Sequence record: PX915676.1 | Source: a phage | Length of the DNA: 64,000 bases | Reading direction: 5' to 3' (one strand) | Shown here: positions 36,476-47,809 of the stretch, piece by piece | Layout of the letters: each line of letters starts with the position of its first letter | Numbering within the stretch: the stretch's first letter is position 1 | Notes under the pieces: model-generated | Seen by the model: only the letters and a program-made list of their open reading frames with translations | The model's database searches: none | Told to the model about the DNA's origin: nothing | Translations under genes and position numbers: made by a program

Positions 36476-36769
36476 GTGTCAGCAGAAACAAAAAGATGTA
36501 CAATTCACACTTATTGTAAATTCTGTAAAGCAGAGGGTGTAAAAAGAGTTGCAACTTTAATGACCAAGTATTCTCCAAGTAGAGGATATAGGGACCACTA
36601 TAAGCACTACTCTTGTAGTGATCACTCCCATCTATTAGAAGATACAGACCCGAATAGAACAAGGAGAGAGCATAACATCGACCTGAGAGCCACTCTCAAG
36701 GAAATGAAAAACAACTCTCGAAACAATCATTACACTGAAGCTGACTATCAAACTTGGCTTCGTCTATAG
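36476..36769 (+). CDS. hypothetical Cys/His-rich protein
   Basis: Track ORF; GTG start with AGAGG SD. Confidence 0.5.
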   Translation: MSAETKRCTIHTYCKFCKAEGVKRVATLMTKYSPSRGYRDHYKHYSCSDHSHLLEDTDPNRTRREHNIDLRATLKEMKNNSRNNHYTEADYQTWLRL

Positions 36770-36775
36770 AACAAA

Positions 36776-36804
36776 GGCTGCCTAATCGGGTGGCCTTTTC
36801 TTTT
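36776..36804 (+). terminator. intrinsic terminator
   Basis: GGCTGCC-TAATCG-GGTGGCC hairpin + TTTTCTTTT. Confidence 0.7.
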
Positions 36805-36839
36805 ATATAAACCAAATTAAAACTTCTTAGGTAATAAAT

Positions 36840-37094
36840 ATGTCTATTGTAAAAATCGTAAATATTTTTGATGTAACCAGAGATGGCAAGATTGTTAAGT
36901 GGACTTTCACTAACCACCACAACAAATCAAACAAGATCATCGAACGGATGATTGAGATTAACCCAAAAACAGCTCGCACTAATGTAATCCTTCGTGGTGC
37001 TGATGGTAAATTCATTTCTTATAAAAACAAAGACGTAGAAAAATCTTTCCGTGTTGCAGTAGAAAATCTCATCCCATTCCCTAAAGGAGTTTAA
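36840..37094 (+). CDS. hypothetical protein, paralog pair member 1
   Basis: Track ORF; C-terminal KTARTNVILRGADGKFISY...PFPKG shared with next ORF. Confidence 0.55.
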   Translation: MSIVKIVNIFDVTRDGKIVKWTFTNHHNKSNKIIERMIEINPKTARTNVILRGADGKFISYKNKDVEKSFRVAVENLIPFPKGV

Positions 37095-37095
37095 T

Positions 37096-37380
37096 ATGAA
37101 TAAGTTAGCTATGGTTCAAATTCGGGACACATACCCTAACCGCCCGGAGCAGAAACCGCGTACTTGGTCTTATCTGTTGGCTGAAAGTAAGACTATTGAC
37201 AAATACGCTGTAGGGGTTGATGCTATTCCAACTAGTATCACATTGCTCCCTCACAAAACAGCCAGAACCCATGTGATGTTACGTGATAGCAAAGGTAAGT
37301 TTATCTCTTATCGTGATTCACGAATCAATAATGAGATTAAATCTGCTATGGAATTTTTGATGCCATTCCCAAAAGGTTGA
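37096..37380 (+). CDS. hypothetical protein, paralog pair member 2
   Basis: Track ORF; KTARTHVMLRDSKGKFISY...PFPKG. Confidence 0.55.
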   Translation: MNKLAMVQIRDTYPNRPEQKPRTWSYLLAESKTIDKYAVGVDAIPTSITLLPHKTARTHVMLRDSKGKFISYRDSRINNEIKSAMEFLMPFPKG

Positions 37381-37383
37381 GTA

Positions 37384-37542
37384 ATGAAAGAATATATTTA
37401 CGTAGGACAGCGCTGGTTCGGTGATGAATGGGAAGGTGGTTACAGCGTTGTGAAAGCTTTTAAGTCTGAAGAAGATGCCAAGTCATGGGTCTTAAAAGAT
37501 GACGTCGGTGAGAGAACTTACATTGAAGTAGAGGTGGAGTAG
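37384..37542 (+). CDS. small ORF (52 aa)
   Basis: ATG with AAAGG SD; below track cut-off. Confidence 0.4.
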   Translation: MKEYIYVGQRWFGDEWEGGYSVVKAFKSEEDAKSWVLKDDVGERTYIEVEVE

Positions 37543-37543
37543 G

Positions 37544-37966
37544 ATGCCATTACCAGCTAGACACCAAAACCGTTTCTTAGTTCTCAAGTGGGATGATATC
37601 GAAATGAATCTCACTGAACATGAACTAGATTTGTTCCATGAATTATTATCAGAGATTCGCTCTGGTATTCCTGAACGTCAGTATGTGGTTATCAGTGATA
37701 AACACCCTCAAGAGTTTGAAGAAGCTTGGGGTATGAAGCTGGCCTACATTCAGAGAGCTATTAGAGAAAGAGAAGAAGTTGCTAATCAGAGGGTTGTGGC
37801 TCATCTGGTACGAGAACAGCCTCGTGAAGCCAGAGCTACACATACACCACCTCCGCCCCCTCCTTGGACAGTTGTCAACGGGACAGTTAGGGCTTATAGT
37901 GATGAAGCAACCATGCTGAATGTAGTAGAAGATAACCAAGCATTTACAGATTTACTTTACCAATAA
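37544..37966 (+). CDS. hypothetical protein (contains PPPPPPW)
   Basis: Track ORF; GAGGTGGAG SD. Confidence 0.6.
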   Translation: MPLPARHQNRFLVLKWDDIEMNLTEHELDLFHELLSEIRSGIPERQYVVISDKHPQEFEEAWGMKLAYIQRAIREREEVANQRVVAHLVREQPREARATHTPPPPPPWTVVNGTVRAYSDEATMLNVVEDNQAFTDLLYQ

Positions 37967-37982
37967 TTTAAAGGAGTATAAA

Positions 37983-39827
37983 GTGAGCAACCCGGACGCT
38001 CTTCCATTTTTGACAGAGATGACTGTCGCTGATATAATCTCTAAGCAAGCAAAGCACGGAGTGAGTTTCAACCGAAGAAATGCTCGGTGGTATGTTCACC
38101 TCCTTAAAGAGATTATTGTTAATATTGACAGAGAGTTGATTCCTCTCTTACCTAAGATGAGATTAGACGGCTCTACTTATATGAAGCCGTTTAAGAAGTC
38201 TGGAGCTTTGCAGAAATGGCCTCAAGCTTATTGTGATAGGGTTGGGCTGAAGAGAGAAGACATTGGCGGAGCTTTCACCTGTGTCGAATACGTAGACTTT
38301 GACCCATCGAAAGATGCACGAGTTAAAGAAGCTCTTATGGATGAGGGCTTTCTTCCTCCAGAGTTTAACGTATCTAAGAAGCCTTGGAATACTTTCGAAA
38401 TTAAGAAAGATATGAGAAAGTATGGAACATACCAAGCATGGTATACTGCTTGGATGCGAGGCAATGCTAAGCAAAAGCAGACAGCCGAGATGGTTGACGC
38501 TGATATTAAGAAGTTCTTAGAAAAGCATTTCAGGTTTAAGACTAAGAATTACATGAAGGCTTACGTATTTGGTTTGGGGTTGAACCCTAATCGCCGTAAT
38601 CCTGTAACGTTTGATGAGATTAAGAAAGCGCTAGCCACATCAAACAAGTGGCCTACAGCTCCTACAAATCTCGAGGAGACTCTCGAAGAAGGGTTAGGAG
38701 GTGAGCTAGGGAGTGTCGGAAGTTTGCTTAAGAGACGCGTTGTAGCAGCTCACAGGCTAGGTCTTATCAATGGACTCATAGCAAAGGAACGCGAAGATGG
38801 TAAACTTTCGGCAGAAGCTAACAGCTGCGCTACGCCGACTTTTCGATTCAAACATCGTATCGTGGTTAATATTCCCTCCCGTGGTTTGTTTGGTCACGAG
38901 TGTCGCAGTTTGTTTGAGTCTGACTATAACTCAGACAGTGATCATTCTCGTCCTTTCATTATTACTAACGTTGTTCCTGATGGTTGTTATATACGAAAAG
39001 GTACTAACGTAATTTACGAGAAGGGTAAGCCGGGGAAGAAAGACAAACCTGTAGGTGCTTACAAATATTACATACCCGCTGGTAAAGAAGTATTCTTAGG
39101 GTATGATGGTTCTGGGCTTGAACTTCGCATGCTCGCTCACTACCTCATTAAAGAGTGTAGGGACATGCTTGCTGAAGCAATAGAAGAGAATAATCCAGCT
39201 AAGAAAGCTCTGGCAGAACGTGGTTTAGCTTCTGCTATTATGTATCGTGACATCCTCCTTGAAGGGGATATCCACTCCCACAACCAGAAACTTGCTGGTC
39301 TTCCTACTCGTGACAACGCTAAGACCTTTATCTACGCATTCAACTATGGTGCTGGTGATGCTAAGCTCGGTTCAATTGTAGGTGGTGGGGCTGACGAAGG
39401 TTCAGTGATGCGAGCACGTTTCTTAGCAGAGAACCCATGTATTGCAATCCTCATTGATCGTATGACAGAGAAAGCTGCTCAAGGATACTTGATTGGTGTC
39501 GATGGTCGTAAGATTACAATGAGACGGGATGCCACTGGTAAGGTTATGGTTCATAAAGCCCTTAACACACTCCTGCAATGTGCTGGTGCTGTTGTTATGA
39601 AATATGCTATGATGTTCCTTAACAAGTGGATTGAGAAAGATAAGGTTCGTTGTGCTAAGGTAATTGATATGCACGATGAAGGTCAATTCTCAGTAAACCG
39701 TAATGATGTACAGAAACTCAAAGAGCACACTGAGCTTTGTGTTAAGAAAGCTGGCGAGTATCTGAACATGGAATGTCCTCTGGCATCTGATTGTCAGATT
39801 GGACTTAACTGGATGCATACACACTAA
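37983..39827 (+). CDS. DNA polymerase I family polymerase subunit (T7 DNAP C-terminal homolog)
   Basis: GYDGSGLELRMLAHY, PTRDNAKTFIYAFNYGAGDAKLG (motif B), MHDEGQF (motif C), collinear with T7 gene 5 from about residue 190; GTG start with AAAGGAG SD. Confidence 0.9.
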   Translation: MSNPDALPFLTEMTVADIISKQAKHGVSFNRRNARWYVHLLKEIIVNIDRELIPLLPKMRLDGSTYMKPFKKSGALQKWPQAYCDRVGLKREDIGGAFTCVEYVDFDPSKDARVKEALMDEGFLPPEFNVSKKPWNTFEIKKDMRKYGTYQAWYTAWMRGNAKQKQTAEMVDADIKKFLEKHFRFKTKNYMKAYVFGLGLNPNRRNPVTFDEIKKALATSNKWPTAPTNLEETLEEGLGGELGSVGSLLKRRVVAAHRLGLINGLIAKEREDGKLSAEANSCATPTFRFKHRIVVNIPSRGLFGHECRSLFESDYNSDSDHSRPFIITNVVPDGCYIRKGTNVIYEKGKPGKKDKPVGAYKYYIPAGKEVFLGYDGSGLELRMLAHYLIKECRDMLAEAIEENNPAKKALAERGLASAIMYRDILLEGDIHSHNQKLAGLPTRDNAKTFIYAFNYGAGDAKLGSIVGGGADEGSVMRARFLAENPCIAILIDRMTEKAAQGYLIGVDGRKITMRRDATGKVMVHKALNTLLQCAGAVVMKYAMMFLNKWIEKDKVRCAKVIDMHDEGQFSVNRNDVQKLKEHTELCVKKAGEYLNMECPLASDCQIGLNWMHTH

Positions 39828-39835
39828 GGTGAGTG

Positions 39836-40201
39836 ATGAAAGAAACCAATATCATCTACAGAACATTGAGATGTTTAGCTAAAGAGAGGGGGATGGAGGA
39901 TTTCCTCCTCCAATATTATGAAATAGCTAAGACTGGAATTTATCCAAAATGGTTTAGTGAAGATCACGGATTATGCTTCAACTTTCGCTGTTATAAGAGG
40001 TATTACTATTTCACAAAGCATTTAGATATTGACGACATGAAGGATATGTTTAATCAAGAAAAGTTTTTGGACCCAACATACCCATTCGGATGTGATCAAT
40101 ATTTTAGAGATAGGGAAAACGGGGCACATCATAAGAATCCAAAACGACGGGCTTGGATTAAAGATACACTGAAAACTCTATATAGTATTGAGGTTGAGTG
40201 A
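39836..40201 (+). CDS. hypothetical protein
   Basis: Track ORF trimmed to ATG 39836 with AAGGTGAG SD. Confidence 0.6.
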   Translation: MKETNIIYRTLRCLAKERGMEDFLLQYYEIAKTGIYPKWFSEDHGLCFNFRCYKRYYYFTKHLDIDDMKDMFNQEKFLDPTYPFGCDQYFRDRENGAHHKNPKRRAWIKDTLKTLYSIEVE

Positions 40202-40392
40202 TGAGTGTTCGTGGTTATTATGAATCTTGGGCCGTCTTTAGTGGTGGCTCCACTCTCGTAGCATTAAATGGTCAACTGTGTATCTTTGAGACAGAGAACT
40301 TAGCAATAACCAAAGCAGCAGAGCTAGTTCGAAAGTTTCCAAACAAGACATTCACAGTTAAAAGGATAGAAGTACCTGCATTGGTAGAGTGA
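40201..40392 (+). CDS. hypothetical protein
   Basis: Track ORF trimmed to ATG 40201. Confidence 0.5.
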   Translation: MSVRGYYESWAVFSGGSTLVALNGQLCIFETENLAITKAAELVRKFPNKTFTVKRIEVPALVE

Positions 40393-40447
40393 ATAAATAA
40401 GACGAATGAACTATTCTTATTGATTGGTTCGTAACAAGGAGATTGAA

Positions 40448-40576
40448 GTGGAAGAGATGCCATCGGATTGGTGTTATCGTCAGAGCGCCATCTGTAATGA
40501 ACAAGGTCGTCCTGATGAGGCTGAGTTCTATCTAGAGCTAGCCGAACTGTGGAAAGAACGAGAGGAGAAAGAGTGA
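40448..40576 (+). CDS. small ORF (42 aa)
   Basis: GTG with AAGGAG SD; stop overlaps next ATG. Confidence 0.3.
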   Translation: MEEMPSDWCYRQSAICNEQGRPDEAEFYLELAELWKEREEKE

Positions 40577-40743
40577 TGGAAGGTATTTACCGTAAACCGC
40601 CTCCAAAATATAACATCCTTTATACTGATGCAACAGGCGAGTTTAGGAGTGTGTTAGTTTACACGGATGAAGAACGAAACCAAATGGTTGCTGCTATTGA
40701 AGCCAATGGTGGTACAATCATGCGAATTTATAACATAACATAA
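40576..40743 (+). CDS. small ORF (55 aa)
   Basis: Track ORF trimmed to ATG 40576 with GAGAGGAG SD. Confidence 0.4.
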   Translation: MEGIYRKPPPKYNILYTDATGEFRSVLVYTDEERNQMVAAIEANGGTIMRIYNIT

Positions 40744-40752
40744 GGAATATCA

Positions 40753-40929
40753 ATGACTGCTTCTGAATTAAAAGAAACCCTATCCACTGAAGAAGGTAAA
40801 GCTTTCTTCTTATCTCAAGTACACTCTATGGGTAAAGATGCCCTTCGCCAAGCAGTCGTTGAGCTTACTGGTGTAGTGATTGACTTGAGTATTGAAAACG
40901 AAACACTTGAAGCTAAAGTGAACAGTTAA
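40753..40929 (+). CDS. small ORF (58 aa)
   Basis: ATG with AAGGAA SD; followed by terminator. Confidence 0.4.
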   Translation: MTASELKETLSTEEGKAFFLSQVHSMGKDALRQAVVELTGVVIDLSIENETLEAKVNS

Positions 40930-40934
40930 ATAAG

Positions 40935-40958
40935 AAGCTGCCTTCGGGCGGCTTTTCT
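40935..40958 (+). terminator. intrinsic terminator
   Basis: AAGCTGCC-TTCG-GGCGGCTT hairpin + TTTTCTT. Confidence 0.7.
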
Positions 40959-40975
40959 TGTCTAAAGGATTTGAC

Positions 40976-41368
40976 ATGAATATTGGTTTAGATTATGATG
41001 ACACTTACACAGCAGACAGACGACTGTGGAGAGATGTGATAGGCTTGATGAAAGAATACGGACATGATGTAAGATTCGTGACTTTCCGTTTCTCAGAGCC
41101 TAACGGTTATGATAACGTGGATATCCTCTACGATGCAGAGACCTTGCAGATTCCTATCATCTTTTGTAATGGTGTCCAGAAGGATGAGGTGTGTCGACAG
41201 TTAGGTTTCTTCGTAGATATCTGGATTGATGACTTCCCTGTTGGAATCCCCAAAAAGGACCACCTAGACGGTATGCTGAAGGGCGTAAGACTTAATGACC
41301 TTAGGGCAGCACCTCCTGTAGAAATAGCCGCTCCTGTGTACTCTGAAGAGCCTTTGGTGATTCGATGA
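40976..41368 (+). CDS. HAD-superfamily phosphatase-like protein (putative nucleotidase)
   Basis: Track ORF trimmed to ATG 40976; N-terminal LDYDDT (DxDxT-like) and later WIDDFP (DD motif). Confidence 0.4.
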   Translation: MNIGLDYDDTYTADRRLWRDVIGLMKEYGHDVRFVTFRFSEPNGYDNVDILYDAETLQIPIIFCNGVQKDEVCRQLGFFVDIWIDDFPVGIPKKDHLDGMLKGVRLNDLRAAPPVEIAAPVYSEEPLVIR

Positions 41369-41541
41369 AAAAGATAATTCTTTGGGCTTTAGGTATAGCT
41401 CTATTCCTATATCTTATCGATATCGGAGGGGATGCCAGTAGAGAAGACTGTGAAGTGAGGTTGTCTCAAGAGTTTAAGTCAGAGACAAAGTGGGTTAATG
41501 GTCGATGCTATGTAAAAGATTGGGGAAGAACTTCTCGATGA
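41365..41541 (+). CDS. small secreted/membrane protein (58 aa)
   Basis: ATGA overlap with upstream stop; N-terminal KKIILWALGIALFLYLI. Confidence 0.4.
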   Translation: MKKIILWALGIALFLYLIDIGGDASREDCEVRLSQEFKSETKWVNGRCYVKDWGRTSR

Positions 41542-41699
41542 AAAAGTATAGTGTATGGTTTAACGAGGTAGAAGAGGGTTTTGATGAAGTCGGAGGATGG
41601 GTAAATATCCTAAACACTGACGATATAGAAGAGGCCGAGAAGTGCGCCCTAAACTACAACTCTGGGTATTATGAAAGAAATTGGGAATATGAGGAATAA
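41538..41699 (+). CDS. small ORF (53 aa)
   Basis: Track ORF trimmed to ATG 41538 overlapping upstream stop. Confidence 0.45.
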   Translation: MKKYSVWFNEVEEGFDEVGGWVNILNTDDIEEAEKCALNYNSGYYERNWEYEE

Positions 41700-41701
41700 G
41701 A

Positions 41702-41923
41702 ATGATTTGGGTTCACACTTATAGAATTGGGAAGAAAGGGCTTACTACTATTCACACATCTGAAGATAGTGCTAAAGCATCTCAGGCTGTACTGAAAGGA
41801 AAGATCACACCTTATGTAGTTGCTGAAGAAAAGAAGAGTCCTCCAGTTCTGGAATACTTAGGAACAGGTAAAGCTTATACAGCACTGGATGTTATTAACA
41901 ACAAACAAGGAGATATGGCATAA
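41702..41923 (+). CDS. hypothetical protein
   Basis: Track ORF 73 aa. Confidence 0.5.
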   Translation: MIWVHTYRIGKKGLTTIHTSEDSAKASQAVLKGKITPYVVAEEKKSPPVLEYLGTGKAYTALDVINNKQGDMA

Positions 41924-41925
41924 AA

Positions 41926-42141
41926 ATGGAATACATTGATAAATACTCAAGTGAAGATTCAACAGACGCTGAAGTTTTATTTATACTAAAAACAGACTGT
42001 CTTGAACATGGTCAACTTATCAATTTCATTGAGTTGGCAAAACTTAAAGAAGAGATTGATCAACTATATAGTGATGAGCAATCCAGATTACTTTCTCTAT
42101 CCCTTCTAGGTGATTTAACTTGCGATGGGTGCACTATCTAA
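41926..42141 (+). CDS. hypothetical protein
   Basis: Track ORF 71 aa. Confidence 0.5.
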   Translation: MEYIDKYSSEDSTDAEVLFILKTDCLEHGQLINFIELAKLKEEIDQLYSDEQSRLLSLSLLGDLTCDGCTI

Positions 42142-42150
42142 GAGGTCTTT

Positions 42151-42654
42151 ATGGCTGAAGTTTATTTTGCAGGGGATGGTCACTTAGGTCATCGCAACAT
42201 CTGTAGTTTTCGTAAGCAATTTAAAACCATCGAAGAACATGACAAAGCAATTCTAGCTGCATTTGATCATGTAACTAAGCGAGATAAGATCTTCTTTACT
42301 GGTGATTGGGTGTTTGAAAAATATGCCCTTGATATCATCGCTGAAGTAAAAGGAGAGAAACATCTGGTCTTGGGGAATCATGACAAATTAGAACTTCTCC
42401 CTGATATGATGAAAGTCTTCCGTAGAATCTCTGGTGATTATAAATATAAAGAGTTTTGGGTAACTCATATTCCTATTCACGCTGATGAAATGAGAGGGAA
42501 GTTTAATATTTATGCTCATACCCATAATCATGTAATTGATGATTGGAGATATTTCTGTACATCAATGGAGCAAATTAACTATAAAGCTGTTTCTCTGCAA
42601 GAGATTAGGAAGGTCTTTGATGAAAGAAGAAAAGAACAAGATCTCATTATTTAA
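42151..42654 (+). CDS. calcineurin-like metallophosphoesterase
   Basis: AGDGHLGH, TGDWVF, LGNHD and HTH motifs in canonical order. Confidence 0.7.
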   Translation: MAEVYFAGDGHLGHRNICSFRKQFKTIEEHDKAILAAFDHVTKRDKIFFTGDWVFEKYALDIIAEVKGEKHLVLGNHDKLELLPDMMKVFRRISGDYKYKEFWVTHIPIHADEMRGKFNIYAHTHNHVIDDWRYFCTSMEQINYKAVSLQEIRKVFDERRKEQDLII

Positions 42655-43132
42655 AGAACCTGTAGTTTATAAAGACTCTATCAGAGATCAATATAATGAG
42701 ATGTTAAAGAAACAAGCTGATTCTAATCTTCGTTATCAGAGGATAGTAGAAAAATCTAATTTTAAAGGTTTACTTGAATGGTAACTTATATTCTTTACTT
42801 TTTAGCTTTCTTAGGAATAATCTTTTTATCTATTATTCTTGAATTTGGTTTAAGTAAGTTAGTTAATTATTTAGGTAATAAGTAATTAATATTCTTTTAA
42901 ATAGAGAATCAAAGTCCCTAGGAGTCCCTACAACCTAAATCAAGGATTCCTTAATTCTCTATTTTTATCTCGCAGGTGGCTCCTGCCCTTCGGTACTTGC
43001 AAGGGATTCTGTGAATTGCCCAATATACAAGCCTGCAATAACTTTATCAGCTATACAATATATACATTACTAGTGTGTTATATCTACTACCAAAGATACT
43101 TATATTATATAGTACTCTTATCGGTATAAGCG

Positions 43133-43141
43133 TAATGTATA
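43133..43141 (+). promoter_or_regulatory. TAATGTATA motif (candidate phage sigma-dependent promoter element)
   Basis: Exact 9-mer in AT-rich region about 60 nt upstream of ATG 43201. Confidence 0.45.
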
Positions 43142-43200
43142 CTATACATAACCGCTCAAAGAGAGCAACAATCTTTCAAATTAAATAAGGAAATTAAAAT

Positions 43201-43947
43201 ATGTCTATGATTCCAACTATCGCAACTGCTTCTCGTAAATCCAACTACGATGTAATCCCTGATGGTGAATACGAAGCACGTATCGTTCGTGTAGTAGGTT
43301 TAGGTGTTCACAATCGTGACCCTTGGATTGACCCGAAGACCAAAGCAGTAACCCCTAAGAATCCGGCTTTCCGTATGGATTTAGCTTTCGAGCTGATTGG
43401 TGTTGATGCTACTGGTAAAGATTCCGATGGTAAGGCATTAGAACCACGTCCGGCTTGCCAGTTCAAGAGCTATGATGTAAACCCACGAGCTAAGAACTCT
43501 GGTATTCTTGATCTTTGCAAGATGATTGACCCAAGTATTCAAGCACTGAAAGGTGATCTGTCTTGGTTCAAGGATGTTCTGTTAGGTCAGCCTGTTAACA
43601 TTCTAGTTAACTCTTACACTAACAAAGCTGGTGAAATTAAAAACTCCATCAAGACCATTTCTCCAATCCCAACCAAATATCGTGCAGCAGTTGGTGAAGC
43701 TCGTAGTCCTCTGGTATTCTTCGAACCGTATGCTGAAACCGATGAGAACGTAGCATCCTATCAACTGATGTTTCCGTTCCAGCGCAACCTGCTTACTCAA
43801 GCTAATGACGCTAAGAACATGCCTCTGGCTGGTCGTGAAATTACTCGTGCTTCTGAAACAGAGCAGAAAGAAGCTACTCCTTCAATCCCTACGATTGATA
43901 AAGAGCCTGCTTCTACTTACGAAGACGACAACGATAGCCCATTCTAA
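43201..43947 (+). CDS. putative single-stranded DNA-binding protein (acidic C-terminal tail ending DDNDSPF)
   Basis: Track ORF; C-terminus resembles the SSB acidic tip (E. coli SSB ends DDDIPF); strong terminator follows; fold not verified. Confidence 0.5.
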   Translation: MSMIPTIATASRKSNYDVIPDGEYEARIVRVVGLGVHNRDPWIDPKTKAVTPKNPAFRMDLAFELIGVDATGKDSDGKALEPRPACQFKSYDVNPRAKNSGILDLCKMIDPSIQALKGDLSWFKDVLLGQPVNILVNSYTNKAGEIKNSIKTISPIPTKYRAAVGEARSPLVFFEPYAETDENVASYQLMFPFQRNLLTQANDAKNMPLAGREITRASETEQKEATPSIPTIDKEPASTYEDDNDSPF

Positions 43948-43968
43948 TAACTCTCCTTGTTATAGCTT

Positions 43969-43992
43969 AGCCACCTCCGGGTGGCTTTTTTC
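43969..43992 (+). terminator. intrinsic terminator
   Basis: AGCCACC-TCCG-GGTGGCT hairpin + TTTTTT. Confidence 0.85.
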
Positions 43993-44239
43993 GTTGGAGA
44001 CAACATGCAAAACACATTAAGTGATAACTTAGGGTTTATCGTTTTCTCAGCTCTTGTATTCTTTGGTGGTATGAAGTTTAACGAGTACCAAACAGACAGT
44101 AGTAATCTGGATAAAGAGAAACATCAACAAGAGTTAGAGATTGAAAGAAATAGAGCAGCTGATGAAGTTGCTCAGAGGGTTCTTGCCGGTTTATCTAACT
44201 GGAAGAAGAACACGGAAACCGTTTATAAAGAGATGCATT

Positions 44240-45529
<1,290 letters not shown>

Positions 45530-45533
<4 letters not shown>

Positions 45534-46423
45534 GTGAAGAGGTAAAAGCTTTAAAGAAAGCTCTTGCAATTAAAATCAAACATTTAAATTTCGTCAGAGA
45601 TGAGTTGGAGGAGCTATCCAACTTATCAGGGTATGAATTACAGAATGAACTTGTAGAGTTTCAAATCAATGTTGATGGCGGTAGATACGTAGAAACAACT
45701 AGAGCGATTTTACCTAAAGTTACTGGTAACAAAACTTCTCCAGTAGATTACTCACATGACCACACGGAGCAATTAGAAATGGAATCTCAAGGCAATCCAG
45801 CACTGACCAATATGGTGGGAGATTCCCACTATAAGCCTTTAGTAGTAATTCTTAATGGGCCTCCGGGTTGTGGTAAAGATACGATAGCCAATGCTTGGGT
45901 CAATGCCCATTCATACCACCACGGATATTCAACCAAATCCTTCAAGGAGCCAATGTACAGAGTAGCTGCTGCTGCACTAGGAATACCTCTAGAAAATTTT
46001 CTAGCACGCTATGAAGATCGTGAATGGAAAGAAAAACCTAGACCAGAATGGGGAGGGAAGTCTGTAAGAGATTTGATGATTTCTACAAGTGAAGACTTCT
46101 TAAAACCTATGTTTGGCAACAATCATATGGGGAATCTTGCTGTAAAAAGTATCAAACAAGAAGGGCTAGGTCAGGATGATATTGTCGTGTTTACTGACGG
46201 AGGTTTTGATGCAGAGGTACGAGAACTAGAAAAGAATTTCCATGTCCAAGTTGTCCAAGTTCTTAGAGATGGTTGCTCTTTTGATGGAGACTCTCGTTCA
46301 TATATTGAAGGCGAACAGAGAAAAACATATCTACTGTTTAATGACTCAACCATCGAATCAGCAGTCTCAGATCTAGATTGGATTATTGCTCAAGCTCAGG
46401 ATGATATTTATGGAAGAAGTTAA
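45530..46423 (+). CDS. P-loop kinase, deoxynucleoside monophosphate kinase-like
   Basis: Track ORF trimmed to ATG 45530; P-loop LNGPPGCGKDT as in T4 gp1-type dNMP kinases, with N-terminal extension. Confidence 0.5.
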
Positions 46424-47228
46424 GCTCCCTGAAGTTGCTATAGTGGATGCTGACGTTCTTCGATATGAAGTGGGTGCTCTTACTCAGGAGCATCCCTTTC
46501 TTGACACAGGACGTGTTCCAGTTGATTACAATTTCATGATTGAACGACTTCAGTACAAGATTGATACTATCATTGCTCGCTCAGGTTGTAATAAGGTTGT
46601 ATTCTACTTCAGCGAAGGTGGTAACTTCCGTTTCGATGTTGCCAAGCAACAAGGTTACAAAGCAAACAGACCTCCAGGAGAAAGACCTTTTCACTGGCAA
46701 AACGTTGGCGATTACATTAAAGGTAAGTACGAATATATTGATGTATTTGGAAGAGAGGCTGATGACGCTCTAGCTGAGAGACAGCGTAGAGATAAGAACA
46801 CTATCATCTGTACCAGAGACAAAGATTTATTAATAACCCCCGGATGGCACTATCGTTGGGCCTGTGGAGAGAAACAAAGAGAAGTACCTCCTCATTATGT
46901 ATCTGACTTGGTATCATGGCAAAACTTCTTCTATCAAATGTTGATTGGGGATGGGACAGATAACATTCCCGGATGCGGTGAACGTAAAGAAGTTATGTGG
47001 GGCGGTAAGCTCCAGCTACGACGTCAAGGTGTCGGGAAGAAAGCAGCAGCTAGTCTGTTGGCTGGTGTTACAGATAAGTGGACCATGTATCATATAGTAC
47101 GAATGGAGTATTATAAGAAGTTCGATACTGAAGATGAAGAGAAGATGCTCGAGAATGCTCGGCTTCTTTTTGTTGGTCAGACTCCGGAAGACCTGTTCGA
47201 CTGGACATGGTTAGATAAATCTTGGTAA
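46410..47228 (+). CDS. 5'-3' exonuclease / flap endonuclease (FEN family)
   Basis: Acidic clusters DADVLRY, EADD, TRDKDLL and H3TH motif IGDGTDNIPG; start could also be ATG 46401. Confidence 0.8.
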   Translation: MEEVKLPEVAIVDADVLRYEVGALTQEHPFLDTGRVPVDYNFMIERLQYKIDTIIARSGCNKVVFYFSEGGNFRFDVAKQQGYKANRPPGERPFHWQNVGDYIKGKYEYIDVFGREADDALAERQRRDKNTIICTRDKDLLITPGWHYRWACGEKQREVPPHYVSDLVSWQNFFYQMLIGDGTDNIPGCGERKEVMWGGKLQLRRQGVGKKAAASLLAGVTDKWTMYHIVRMEYYKKFDTEDEEKMLENARLLFVGQTPEDLFDWTWLDKSW

Positions 47229-47241
47229 TAAGGATATTATA

Positions 47242-47421
47242 ATGGGTAAATTTGATTATCGTTCATATGATGAAAACTCCTCCAACCGTGAATCTCGTAA
47301 AGACCAAAAGATTAAACATCAGCTGTTTGATCAGAGAACTGGTCGTATTCCTCGTGAGGGTAAGGTGAGTCATCGTGTAAACAAACGAGTTTGGGAAGAA
47401 GCTGATTATGGCGAAGTCTGA
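47242..47421 (+). CDS. small ORF (59 aa)
   Basis: ATG with AAGGA SD; below track cut-off. Confidence 0.4.
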   Translation: MGKFDYRSYDENSSNRESRKDQKIKHQLFDQRTGRIPREGKVSHRVNKRVWEEADYGEV

Positions 47422-47809
47422 GAAGACTCGCTGTAGTGGAATGTGGACTGAAGCTCGTTACAACTCTTTCATCAAGTCAGGGATTCGTTCTCTGACTAGA
47501 AAGTGGAAGCCCATGTTCGATGCACTAGCAGACGCCAAGACAGAGAAGAAGATTAATCCAAAGACAGGAAGACTGGCAATGCACTTTAAGTGTGCCATGT
47601 GTGGTTCTGACCACCCTGTAAAAGATATGGCTATTGACCACATAGAGCCTATAGTTCCCTTAGATCATGAAGCAACTTGGGATGAAATCATCTCTCGTGC
47701 TCTGTGTGAGAAAGAAGGTTTTCAGGTTCTATGTAAAGACCCTTGTCATAAGATTAAAACAAAAGAAGAGAATGATGCAAGAAAACAATTCAAAAAAGGA
47801 AATGAGTGA
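47408..47809 (+). CDS. HNH endonuclease
   Basis: CAMCGSDH...AIDHIEP...LCEKEG...CHKIK matches the HNH zinc-finger nuclease pattern. Confidence 0.75.
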   Translation: MAKSEKTRCSGMWTEARYNSFIKSGIRSLTRKWKPMFDALADAKTEKKINPKTGRLAMHFKCAMCGSDHPVKDMAIDHIEPIVPLDHEATWDEIISRALCEKEGFQVLCKDPCHKIKTKEENDARKQFKKGNE

